A DNA stretch of 64,000 nt from NCBI GenBank assembly GCA_041662965.1, contig JBAZRI010000002.1, positions 46,062-110,061 of the forward strand. Direction: 5' to 3'. Below are positions 1 through 8,294 of the stretch, in pieces (position 1 is the stretch's first letter; every line of letters begins with the position of its first letter). The DNA is from Patescibacteria group bacterium. GTDB lineage: Bacteria; Patescibacteriota; Patescibacteriia; Patescibacteriales; GWC2-42-12. A program made the translations under genes and the position numbers. Under the pieces are notes generated by a model. The model did not search any database. It was not told the DNA's origin and worked only from the letters and a program-made list of their open reading frames with translations.

Positions 1-1068
1 ATACGGCTGAAAGTTTCGGCAAATTAAGATTATAAAAATTTAAAGAATCTTGCGCTACCACTTGGTTTTTATTTTGCTCCGGCAAATAACTAATCCCTTC
101 AATCAAATTATTGTTCAAAGCCGAAATAATTTCTTGTAAATTGCCAAAAAGTTTAAAGCTGATGGTATTAATATAAGCTTTCGAGCCGTAATAACTTTCA
201 TTGCGGGCTAAAATATAAGTTCTGATATTGCCGGATTTATCTTTTACCAATGATTTAAATTTATATCTACCTGATCCAACCGGTTTTAAATTTAATTCAG
301 CCAAACTGGCTGAAATCGGTTCAATTTGCTGCCAAAGCTCTTGAGGCAGAATGCCAAAATTCAATAAATCCAAAAAGGCCGCGTAAGGCTCGGTTAAATT
401 AAATTTAATGGTTTTATCGTCAACTTTAGCAACTTCCACGCCGGTAAAAACCGTTCGCGAAGGAGACTTATACTTAATATTTTTTATAGCTTCAAAAGTA
501 AAGACTACGTCATCAACGGTTAAAGGGCTGCCATTATGCCAAACCGCGTCTGATCTAATTTTTATGGTGTAAATTTTACCGTCTTGGCTTACTTCATACG
601 CCTCGGCTAAATCATTAACCAGCTCGGCATTAACATTTCTTTTAAACAATGAAGAATAAACTAACTCGGCGATATCACTGTCAAGATCGCTTGAGCCTGA
701 ATACAAAGGATTAATATATTTTATTGAGCCGATAGCGCCTTCAATGTAATCACCGCCCGCGACCGGAACAATTCGCAAATGCGTTTTATAAAATCTGGCG
801 GCTAAAAATACCGAGCTAAAAATAATAATCACCAGACAAGCGCCGACTGCCAATCGCTCGACAGGACTTAAGTATTTTTTAATATACTTAAGCTGCTTAA
901 AACTAGGCCACCTTGATTTAGCCAGAGAAAAAACTAATTTTTTATCCAATTCCGCCTGCGCTTGGCCGCGTTGAAAAATATTTTTGAAACCTTTAACCAA
1001 GCCGCCAAAATTAAAAACAAAATTTTTAACTTTGCTAAAAAATTGGACTATTTTGTCTCTTAATGAGT
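1..1068 (-). CDS. ABC transporter substrate-binding protein, family 5 (Opp/Dpp-like), N-terminal part; C-terminus lies beyond the window start
   Basis: Minus-strand translation (GTG start ~1066) gives an N-terminal TM anchor (LAVGACLVIIIFSSVFLAARFY) then a ...DLAEAYEVSQDGKIYTIKIRSDAVWHNGSPLTVDDVVFTFEA... motif typical of family-5 SBPs. The ORF is open to position 1. Confidence 0.6.
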
Positions 1069-1179
1069 TCACTTTAAATAATGTTTGGCCGCTGATTGGC
1101 TTAACCGCTTCCAGCCGGCGGAACTATTTATGAATTAAAAATAACCTCCTTGAGTATAATAGACTTGTTGTTTGATAAT

Positions 1180-1401
1180 TTAGCCCTTATACAATAAAAT
1201 AACGGCTAAAGAGACCGATAAAAATAAAACGGCTAAAATTATAGTTGCGATGAATAATTTTTTTTCTACGCCTCTTTTAGTGCGATAAATATTCCCTGAA
1301 CCGCCAAAAACACCAGACAATCCGGCCCCGCGATTCTGCGAAAGAATCGCCAGCATCAATAAAGCCGCTATGATAATTTGTACTATTTGTAAATTTCTCA
1401 T
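1180..1401 (-). CDS. secG: preprotein translocase subunit SecG
   Basis: 73 aa with two TM helices flanking a Gly-rich loop (NRGAGLSGVFGGSG), typical SecG architecture. Confidence 0.55.
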   Translation of the reverse strand: MRNLQIVQIIIAALLMLAILSQNRGAGLSGVFGGSGNIYRTKRGVEKKLFIATIILAVLFLSVSLAVILLYKG

Positions 1402-1748
1402 TATTTTTTTATCTGTTCTAAAATTTTAGCCAAAGTATTTTTATGATTAACCGCTAAATCGGCTAAAATTTTTCTGTTTATTTCAATCTGATTAATTTTT
1501 AAAAGATGGATTAATTTTGAATACGACAAACCATGCTCTTTGGCGAAAGCGCTGATTTTTATCTGCCATAAGGCCCGATTATCCCGCTTTTTTAAGCGGC
1601 GATCAATATAAGAGCGAACCCCGGCCTTAACCACGGCTGTCGAGGCGGCGCGCATTAAATTCTTTCTGCCCCATTTATAGCCTTTGGCTTTTTTAAGTAA
1701 ATTCCTTCTTTTTTTAAGATGTGTTATTGCTCTCTTAACTCTTGGCAT
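1401..1748 (-). CDS. rplT: 50S ribosomal protein L20
   Basis: MPRVKRAITHLKKRRNLLKKAKGYKWGRKN... canonical L20 N-terminus; last gene of infC-rpmI-rplT. Confidence 0.9.
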   Translation of the reverse strand: MPRVKRAITHLKKRRNLLKKAKGYKWGRKNLMRAASTAVVKAGVRSYIDRRLKKRDNRALWQIKISAFAKEHGLSYSKLIHLLKINQIEINRKILADLAVNHKNTLAKILEQIKK

Positions 1749-1944
1749 AATTGTATGGCATTAATTGTTTAATTACTCTGGCTTCGGTATGGGAAATGGA
1801 AATATCTCGGCGCTTATTTCTTTTAACCTTGCCTGACTCGCGCGCGTTAAAATGATCTTGACCGGCCTTCCTCTTTAAAATCTTTTCATTTTTAGTTACT
1901 TTAAACCGTTTAGCAGTAGCTTTGTGGGTTTTTATTTTCGGCAT
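1735..1944 (-). CDS. rpmI: 50S ribosomal protein L35
   Basis: MPKIKTHKATAKRFKVT...IKQLMPY, canonical L35. Confidence 0.9.
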   Translation of the reverse strand: MPKIKTHKATAKRFKVTKNEKILKRKAGQDHFNARESGKVKRNKRRDISISHTEARVIKQLMPYNYAKS

Positions 1945-2128
1945 ATTTAATTTAATATCAAATAAAATTTTATGGCCGTAGAGCTTTGCTCGCTATAAAA
2001 TTTTATTTGATACATTATATTTTTTGTTTATCCCCGTTAGGGGGAAAGTATTGAAAACTTTTTCTAAAAAAGTTTTCAAAGGCTTTTAAACAAAAAACAG
2101 GTGAAATACCTGATTTTCGTATTCTTGA
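1945..2128 (-). promoter_or_regulatory. structured infC-rpmI intergenic leader (three hairpins); candidate L20 autoregulatory element
   Basis: Long inverted repeat tatcaaataaaatttta/taaaattttatttgata around a GC core; ccccgttaggggg hairpin; perfect palindrome gaaaactttttctaaaaaagttttc. Sits where L20-binding regulatory structures occur in other bacteria. Confidence 0.3.
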
Positions 2129-2686
2129 TTATTGCTTATTTATCAATATTATATTAAACCTTCCTCCCTGTTTTGTCAAGCCCTGCTCTATTTCCATATT
2201 TAAACCGGGCGTGGATTTCAACTGCTGATAAAATTTTTTCATAGTTTCCTCGGCCTTTTCCGGATGCTGGCGTTCCCGCCCTTTTAAGATTAATTCCAGC
2301 TTTAATTTATCGCCTCTTTCTAGAAACTTCTTGGCTTGTTCAAACCTAAAATCAAAATCATGCTGACTGATTCTAACCGACAGCCTGATGCCTTTTATTT
2401 CCACCTTTTTCTGCTTAACTTTTTGTTTTTGCGCCTCTTTCTCTTTTTTGTATTTAAATTGCCCGTAATCCATGATTTTAACTACCGGCGGCTGTATTTT
2501 AGGATTAACTTCAACTACATCCATGCCAGCCTGTTCGGCCATGACTAAGGCCTTGCCGATTGGCATTTCGCCGATGCTCTCGCCGTTTTCATCAATTACA
2601 AAAACCACCGGCACGCGGATTTGCTGATTAACCCGGAATCTTTTTTCCTCAAAGTCTGGTTTTGGCCTGCGATATACTCGACGCAT
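2129..2686 (-). CDS. infC: translation initiation factor IF-3
   Basis: IRVPVVFVIDENGESIGEMPIGKALVMAEQAGMDVVEV...KGRERQHPE, IF-3 N- and C-domains. Non-ATG start likely, as usual for infC. Confidence 0.9.
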   Translation of the reverse strand: MRRVYRRPKPDFEEKRFRVNQQIRVPVVFVIDENGESIGEMPIGKALVMAEQAGMDVVEVNPKIQPPVVKIMDYGQFKYKKEKEAQKQKVKQKKVEIKGIRLSVRISQHDFDFRFEQAKKFLERGDKLKLELILKGRERQHPEKAEETMKKFYQQLKSTPGLNMEIEQGLTKQGGRFNIILINKQ

Positions 2687-2798
2687 TAGTAATTGATAAA
2701 CTTAATTATACGCCAATTATATTATAAAATTGGCGAGAAGTCAATTTTAATAAACAAAAAACAAGGCTTTTAGCCATGCTTTTTGCGGTAAAGTCTGA

Positions 2799-2869
2799 GC
2801 GGGTAACGGGAATCGAACCCGTATATTCAGATTGGCAACCTGACGTACTAACCATTGTACTATACCCGC
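2799..2869 (-). tRNA. tRNA-Gly(GCC)
   Basis: Cloverleaf GCGGGTATAGTACAATGGTTAGTACGTCAGGTTGCCAATCTGA...GGGTTCGATTCCCGTTACCCGCT; anticodon loop TTGCCAA. Confidence 0.85.
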
Positions 2870-2948
2870 CTACGCTTCGCTTCGGCGGGCAAGCCCGCTT
2901 GGCAAAACTATAAGCAAAACATAAATTGCAAATTGTAAAATTATTCTC

Positions 2949-3035
2949 TGGTGCCCGGGGCGGGAATCGAACCCGCACGGAGTTGCCTCCGAGAGATTTT
3001 AAGTCTCTTGCGTATACCAGTTTCGCCACCCGGGC
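2949..3035 (-). tRNA. tRNA-Leu(TAA), type II with long variable arm, CCA encoded
   Basis: GCCCGGGTGGCGAAACTGGTA...AGAGACTTAAAATCTCT...long extra arm...GGGTTCGATTCCCGCCCCGGGCACCA. Confidence 0.85.
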
Positions 3036-3043
3036 GTTAGCAG

Positions 3044-3429
3044 TGGAGATGAGGGGAATTGAACCCCTGTCTAATAAATTTCTTAAAACATATTTACAGA
3101 TTAGATCGATTTGTTTTCTCGCTAACACCGTAAAAATCGAGCAAAATCGGCGCTAGCCAGCTTTAATTTTTTAAAATAACCGGCTAAAGCAACCGGCTAT
3201 TCGATCCTAAAATATAACACCCGTATCCGGCGCCTAGGCAGCGGCCGGGCGGATGGTTGCGGCTATTAAGCGGCAACAGTTGCAAAGGCCGGCATTTTCC
3301 AAGAAAATGTCGCTTTGCTGAATAAGTTTTTGACGCTTATTTTGTTTACAGGCGCGGTTTAAAGTGGCGCCCCTGATGAGCACTTCTGAATGTTTTAAGA
3401 AAATTTTATTATCGACGCCTGGCATCCCC
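3044..3429 (-). ncRNA. ssrA: tmRNA (ssrA)
   Basis: 5' GGGGATG pairs with 3' CATCTCC+A, with a G3:U70 alanine identity pair. T-arm AGGGGTTCAATTCCCCT precedes the 3' end. Internal reading frame ...KMPAFATVAA ends in tandem TAA-TAG stops (candidate tag). Located directly beside smpB. Confidence 0.6.
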
Positions 3430-3443
3430 TCTTATTAAATTTT

Positions 3444-3917
3444 CTATCTTCTAAAACTTTGTTTTGTTAAGGTTCTAAGGCTTCTGTCAAGCTCGCGTTT
3501 TTTAATTACTTCGCGTTTATCAAACTTTTTTCTGCCTTTGCCGATCCCGAATTCAAGTTTAATAAAACTATGCTTAGTATATATTTTTATCGGCACCAAT
3601 GTCAAGCCTTGTTCGTCTTTTTTCCCTAATAAATAGGCGATTTCTTTCTTTTTTAAAAGCAACTTTCTCGACCTGGTCGGGTCATAATCAGGCCTGGCAC
3701 CGGCGAATTTATATAAAGGAATATGGGCGTTGATCAAATGAGCTTCGGGTAAATTTTTATTTTTGCTTTTTTTAAAAGTAACATAACCGCCCTTTAAGCT
3801 TACATGCCCGGTTTTAATGGACTTAACTTCATAGCCTAATAAGACCAAGCCGGCCTCATAAGTTTCTTGGATATCATAATCAAAATTGGCTCGTTTGTTA
3901 AAGGCTAGTACGGGCAT
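3444..3917 (-). CDS. smpB: SsrA-binding protein SmpB
   Basis: NKRANFDYDIQETYEAGLVLLGYEVKSIKTG...LKKKEIAYLLGK, SmpB signature. Confidence 0.9.
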   Translation of the reverse strand: MPVLAFNKRANFDYDIQETYEAGLVLLGYEVKSIKTGHVSLKGGYVTFKKSKNKNLPEAHLINAHIPLYKFAGARPDYDPTRSRKLLLKKKEIAYLLGKKDEQGLTLVPIKIYTKHSFIKLEFGIGKGRKKFDKREVIKKRELDRSLRTLTKQSFRR

Positions 3918-3922
3918 AAATT

Positions 3923-5221
3923 TTAAATGTCATTTTGCTTGGCAATATTCCACTCTCTTAACTTCTCCACTACCTTTTTACCGGTCAAATTATTTTCTAC
4001 ATAATCATGATAAGCGTGGCTTTTAACCCGCTCAATTATGGTCTCATTGCCTTTATACTGCTTTAGAATATCGTCAATCGCTTTATGAATTTCTTCGTGG
4101 CTGACCGAAATTTTTTCCGCATTACCTATCTCTCTGATAACCAAAGATACCTTAACTCTTTTAACCGCGTCCGGCATTAATTCAAGCATTATCTGCTCGC
4201 GCGTTTTTTTTAAATGCATTAGATAATCTTCAAATTTCGCGCCCTGATTTTTAACGTTATATTCGAGCTCGGAAATCATAACCTCGGCTTCGTGCTTAAT
4301 CAGAGTCTCGGGAATATCGCCGAATTTTGAAGCGCCAATAATTTTATCGAGCATGGTAGCTTCGCTCTTCTGCTTTTCTTTCTGTTCTTTTTCCGCCAGC
4401 AGGCTTTTTTTAATATTATTTTTTAATTCTTCGACACTTTTTAGGCCAAAGCCTTTAGCCATGTCTTCGTTTACTTCCGGCAAAATCCGGTTATAAACTT
4501 CTTTAACAGTTACTTTAAATTCAGCCATTTTACCGGCTAAATTTTTATCATGATAATCGGCCGGATAAGGCAGGCTGAATTCTCTCGTGTCGCCTTTTTT
4601 CGCGCCAACTATTTTTTTATCAAAGCCGGGAATAATATAATTCTTACCGACAATTAAGCCGGCGCCTTTGCCCTGGCCGCCTTCAACCGGCACTTTATCT
4701 ATAAATATTCCGATATCCATAATCACCCGGTCGCCGTCCTTAATTTCTAATTCAGATATTACTTCGCTGGCGCGCATCTCGCGCAATTCGGAAATTAGCT
4801 TTTCCGCTTCTTCATCTTTTATTTCGGATTTAACCTCTTTAATCTTTAAATCTTTATAACTCCCGAGCTTAACTTCCGGCAGCATGGTTAAAACCATTTT
4901 ATATTCCATGGGATTGTCCGGCGCTAATTTAGTGATATTAACCTGCGGCTGGCCGACGATTTGGCCGGTAACGTTTTCTTTAATAACTTTATCCAAAGTT
5001 TTATCAATGGCGATGCGCGCGCCTTCTTCTAAAATCGTCATTTCGCCGATTTTATTTTTTAAAATTTCATAGGGCGCCTTGCCCGGGCGAAAGCCTTCAA
5101 TTTTCACATCAAGCGAAACTTTTTCCGCGCCGCGCAAAACATACGGCTTAAATTCTTCGGCCGTAAGTTCAACCGTCAATTCTATTTGCGATTTACCTAG
5201 GTCTTTTTTTCCTATTTTCAT
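3923..5221 (-). CDS. tig: trigger factor
   Basis: 432 aa; N-terminal ribosome-binding domain, FKBP-type PPIase segment (GFRPGKAP), C-terminal chaperone arm. Confidence 0.9.
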   Translation of the reverse strand: MKIGKKDLGKSQIELTVELTAEEFKPYVLRGAEKVSLDVKIEGFRPGKAPYEILKNKIGEMTILEEGARIAIDKTLDKVIKENVTGQIVGQPQVNITKLAPDNPMEYKMVLTMLPEVKLGSYKDLKIKEVKSEIKDEEAEKLISELREMRASEVISELEIKDGDRVIMDIGIFIDKVPVEGGQGKGAGLIVGKNYIIPGFDKKIVGAKKGDTREFSLPYPADYHDKNLAGKMAEFKVTVKEVYNRILPEVNEDMAKGFGLKSVEELKNNIKKSLLAEKEQKEKQKSEATMLDKIIGASKFGDIPETLIKHEAEVMISELEYNVKNQGAKFEDYLMHLKKTREQIMLELMPDAVKRVKVSLVIREIGNAEKISVSHEEIHKAIDDILKQYKGNETIIERVKSHAYHDYVENNLTGKKVVEKLREWNIAKQNDI

Positions 5222-5300
5222 ATTGACTAATTATTAAATTAATGATAAATATTATTATTGGCTTTTATGTTCATTTTATATCTAACAAGGGGAGGATATT

Positions 5301-5675
5301 ATGAAAAAACTAGGAGTAGAAATTGATGTAAATCAGTTAAAACATGGGCAGAAGGTAAAAATATACTTAACTGGCGTGAGAAAAGGTGAAACTATAGTAT
5401 ATCAAACTTTTAGCATTGAGGTAGCAAATCTCTTCCGTGATTTGTTGAATCATCTTAGAATTTCACAGATTCTTAATGATCGTTGTAAGCACAAAGCCGG
5501 TTATACTAAAGGAATTTGCTGCCATGAACACATTAGTCAAAATGGAGAATTGCGTAAACTTGAAGCACGTGCGGAAAAAATTCTTCCCGGAAAAATCGGC
5601 TTGCCGGTTCTTTGCCCTGACTGGTGGAAAAAATTAGGTTTTAAAATATCTACTTTTAACATTATTATTTCCTAA
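5301..5675 (+). CDS. hypothetical Cys/His-rich protein (C-x7-CC-H-x-H ... C-P-x-WW)
   Basis: Strong RBS aaggggagg 8 nt upstream. Codon usage (gga, aga, cgt, tta) departs from neighbouring core genes. No recognisable family. Confidence 0.5.
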   Translation: MKKLGVEIDVNQLKHGQKVKIYLTGVRKGETIVYQTFSIEVANLFRDLLNHLRISQILNDRCKHKAGYTKGICCHEHISQNGELRKLEARAEKILPGKIGLPVLCPDWWKKLGFKISTFNIIIS

Positions 5676-5764
5676 CTTGCCCCACTATCAAGCTCTAAAT
5701 TATTTTATCATTAAGATAGAATAAGGCGGAGCTTCTTTTTTTATTATAAATAATAAAACTTTTC

Positions 5765-5912
5765 AAAATCACCCAGGGGGTTCGGGGAGTGGAGTTGGCG
5801 CCATTGCTTACAGTATGAAGATAAATCAACGTGATAGCCAATCGGAACTCCCCGAGACTTTTTGCTTACTTTTTAGTCATAAAAAGTAAGGCCTAGTGAA
5901 GCATCACGAATG
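5765..5912 (+). repeat. ~150-nt structured repeat family R1, copy A
   Basis: Colinear with 38919-39068 (+) and the reverse complement of 63298-63465. Shares 5' AAAATCACCC-GGGG, central AAGATAAATCA..ATAGC, and a hairpin cttactttttagtcataaaaagtaag. Confidence 0.7.
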
Positions 5913-5963
5913 TAAAATTAAAAAAAGTATACGACAATATTTAGATGTTTTACTAAAGAACCA

Positions 5964-6044
5964 GAGATTGCTTCGCTCACTCTGTTCGCTCGCAATGACA
6001 ATACGAATTCTGGATTCCCGCTTTCGCGGGAATGACAAATTTTA
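5964..6044 (-). repeat. TGTCATT-type palindromic repeats (GTCATTGCGAG...CGAAGCAATCT unit plus TGTCATTCCC-hairpin-GGAATCCAGAAT unit)
   Basis: Reverse-complement matches to units at 8184, 29942-30022, 35278, 36132, 43678 and 54781. Confidence 0.6.
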
Positions 6045-6045
6045 G

Positions 6046-6170
6046 TTGTTCGGCTGGGGAAAATTGTTTTTATCGCGCATACGAAATTGTAGCGTTTTTG
6101 AAAAATTTAATTTTTCAAAAACGCACAAATTTCATCCAAGCAGGAAAAATAATTTTCCCCAGCCGAGCTT
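6046..6170. repeat. long-hairpin repeat family R-C (GCGCATACGAAATTGTAG..CAAATTTC.TC.AAG core), copy 1
   Basis: Same architecture as 16838-16949 and 26970-27078. Outer inverted flanks gctcggctggggaaaatt / aattttccccagccgagc; inner arms covary (gtagcgttttt/aaaaacgcac versus gtagtattttt/aaaaataccc). Confidence 0.6.
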
Positions 6171-6178
6171 ATTTCAAA

Positions 6179-8170
6179 TTATATTAACAACCCTACAATC
6201 AATAACGCCACAATATTCAATATCTTTATCATTGGGTTAATCGCCGGACCAGCCGTATCTTTATAAGGATCGCCGACCGTATCGCCGGTTACGGCCGCTT
6301 TATGCGCCTCCGAACCCTTGCCGCCGAAATTCCCGTCTTCAATATATTTTTTGGCATTATCCCAGGCCCCGCCGCCCGAAGTCATGGAAATGGCCATAAA
6401 AATTCCCGTAACGATTGAACCGACCAGCAAGCCGCCTAAAGCTTCAACGCCTAAAATAAACCCGACTAAAATCGGCGCGGCCACCGGAATTAAAGCTGGC
6501 ACAATCATCTCGCCAATCGCGGCCTTAGTAACGATATCAACAGTCCGGCCATAATCAGGCTTTTCCGTGCCTAACATAATGCCCGGCTTTTCTCTGAATT
6601 GATTGCGCACTTCTTCTACTACCGAGCCGGCCGCCCGGCCCACGGCTTGCATGGCTAAAGCGCCGAAATAATATGGCAATAATCCGCCTAAAAATAAACC
6701 GGCTAAAACTTTCGGGTCATTAATTAAAAATTGATAGGTATCCGGAATACTATGAGTGAAATCAGCGAATAATACTAAAGCGGCTAAAGCGGCCGAACCG
6801 ATAGCATAGCCTTTGGTTACGGCCTTAGTCGTATTGCCGACCGCGTCTAGAGGATCGGTTACCGCGCGTACGTCGTCGCCCATCTCGGCCATCTCGGCAA
6901 TACCGCCGGCGTTATCAGTAATCGGGCCGTAAGAATCAATAGTGACGATTATCCCGGCCATGGATAACATAGCCATAACCGCGATCGCCACGCCATAAAG
7001 CCCGGCTAAACTGTAAGCGCTTAAAATAGCGGCTACAAGCACTATCATGGGCAATACCGTTGATTTCATAGAGACGGCTAGACCGGCAATAATATTCGTG
7101 CCATGTCCGGTCTTAGAAGCTTCGGCGATTGATTTTACCGGCGCGTAGCTTTTTGAAGTATAATATTCGGTAATTACCACCATGGCCGCGGTTACCGCCA
7201 AACCGACCAGCGAGGCTAAATATAAACTCATAACGCTGTAAGTTCCGTTGTCCGCCATCAGCCAATTGGTTATGGGATAAAAGGCCAGACCGGCTAAAAC
7301 TCCAGCCACGATCAAGCCTTTATATAAAGCGTTCATGATATTCTGGCTTCTGCCTAATTTTATAAAAAAACTGCCGATGATTGAAGTGATAATGGAAACC
7401 GCGCCGATAACCAAAGGATAAAGCACCGCATTATCAAAACCGACGAATAAAAGCGACCCTAAAATCATAGTAGCGATGCAAGTTACGACATAAGTTTCAA
7501 ATAAATCAGCCGCCATGCCGGCGCAGTCGCCCACGTTATCGCCCACGTTGTCGGCGATAACCGCCGGATTGCGCGGATCATCTTCCGGAATGCCAGCTTC
7601 AACTTTTCCGACTAAATCAGCGCCCACGTCCGCGGCTTTGGTAAAAATTCCGCCGCCGAGCCGAGCAAAAATAGAAATTAAAGATCCGCCAAAACCCAAG
7701 CCGATTAAAGCATGAGTGTCTTTGGTTACAAAATAAAAACCGGCTGTGCCGAGTAAAGCCAAGCCGACGACTAGCATGCCAGTAACATTACCGCCTTGAA
7801 CCGCTACGTTTAAAGCTTTGGCTAAACCGCTTCTGGCCGCTTCAGCCGTTCTAACGTTGGCGCGCACGGAAATATTCATGCCGATATAGCCGGTTAAAGC
7901 CGATAAAAAAGCGCCGAGTAAAAAAGCTAAGGCCATGGTCCAGCCCAATTTAGGAATAAAACCGATAATTAAAAAAATAACAACCGCGACCGCCGCGATA
8001 GTTTTATATTGGCGGTTTAAATACGCCTTGGCTCCGTCCTGGATGGCTTTAGCGATAAACTGCATTTTCTCATTGCCAGCCGGCAAACGCAAAACCAATT
8101 TAATTAAAATGGCTCCGTAGATGATGGCGAGCAAAGAGCTGCCGAGGATTAACAAAGTAACTAATGACAT
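6179..8170 (-). CDS. hppA: membrane-bound H+(or Na+)-translocating pyrophosphatase
   Basis: 663 aa, ~16 TM; motifs [52 protein letters not shown]. Confidence 0.95.
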   Translation of the reverse strand: MSLVTLLILGSSLLAIIYGAILIKLVLRLPAGNEKMQFIAKAIQDGAKAYLNRQYKTIAAVAVVIFLIIGFIPKLGWTMALAFLLGAFLSALTGYIGMNISVRANVRTAEAARSGLAKALNVAVQGGNVTGMLVVGLALLGTAGFYFVTKDTHALIGLGFGGSLISIFARLGGGIFTKAADVGADLVGKVEAGIPEDDPRNPAVIADNVGDNVGDCAGMAADLFETYVVTCIATMILGSLLFVGFDNAVLYPLVIGAVSIITSIIGSFFIKLGRSQNIMNALYKGLIVAGVLAGLAFYPITNWLMADNGTYSVMSLYLASLVGLAVTAAMVVITEYYTSKSYAPVKSIAEASKTGHGTNIIAGLAVSMKSTVLPMIVLVAAILSAYSLAGLYGVAIAVMAMLSMAGIIVTIDSYGPITDNAGGIAEMAEMGDDVRAVTDPLDAVGNTTKAVTKGYAIGSAALAALVLFADFTHSIPDTYQFLINDPKVLAGLFLGGLLPYYFGALAMQAVGRAAGSVVEEVRNQFREKPGIMLGTEKPDYGRTVDIVTKAAIGEMIVPALIPVAAPILVGFILGVEALGGLLVGSIVTGIFMAISMTSGGGAWDNAKKYIEDGNFGGKGSEAHKAAVTGDTVGDPYKDTAGPAINPMIKILNIVALLIVGLLI

Positions 8171-8183
8171 AGAGTTTTCTTAT

Positions 8184-8279
8184 TGTCATTGCGAGGAGCT
8201 TTCAAGCGACGAAGCAATCTCACGCACGTGGCGCTTAACTTTAGATTGCTTCGCTCCACTATGTTGCGCTCGCAATGAT
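8184..8279. repeat. two inverted copies of the GTCATTGCGAG...CGACGAAGCAATCTCACG unit forming a ~95-bp palindrome
   Basis: tgtcattgcgaggagc..cgacgaagcaatctcacg followed by its approximate reverse complement agattgcttcgc..gcgctcgcaatgat. Confidence 0.6.
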
Positions 8280-8294
8280 ATTATTATTGTTAAT

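Noticed and set aside
2706-3156. ORFs 2706..3128 (-) and 2926..3156 (+) of 140 and 76 aa
   Set aside because: They run through tRNA-Gly, tRNA-Leu and the 3' end of the tmRNA. Their 'proteins' are low-complexity translations of structured RNA genes.
3234-3425. 63-aa ORF between tRNA-Leu and smpB
   Set aside because: Lies entirely within the predicted tmRNA (ssrA). Only its 3' portion may correspond to the tag-encoding reading frame; it is not an independent protein gene.
6318-8120. Antisense or alternative-frame ORFs within hppA; similarly 28558/28981/29395 within pnp, 9356/9369 within nusA, 15510/15785/16356 within the ABC-F gene, 17157/17763 within the oxidoreductase, 22938/23397/24087 within the 701-aa gene, 26474-27143 around rpsO
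   Set aside because: Each overlaps a longer ORF with clear homology motifs on the opposite strand or another frame. Their compositions are low-complexity, mirror-image or Ala/Pro/Ser-rich.
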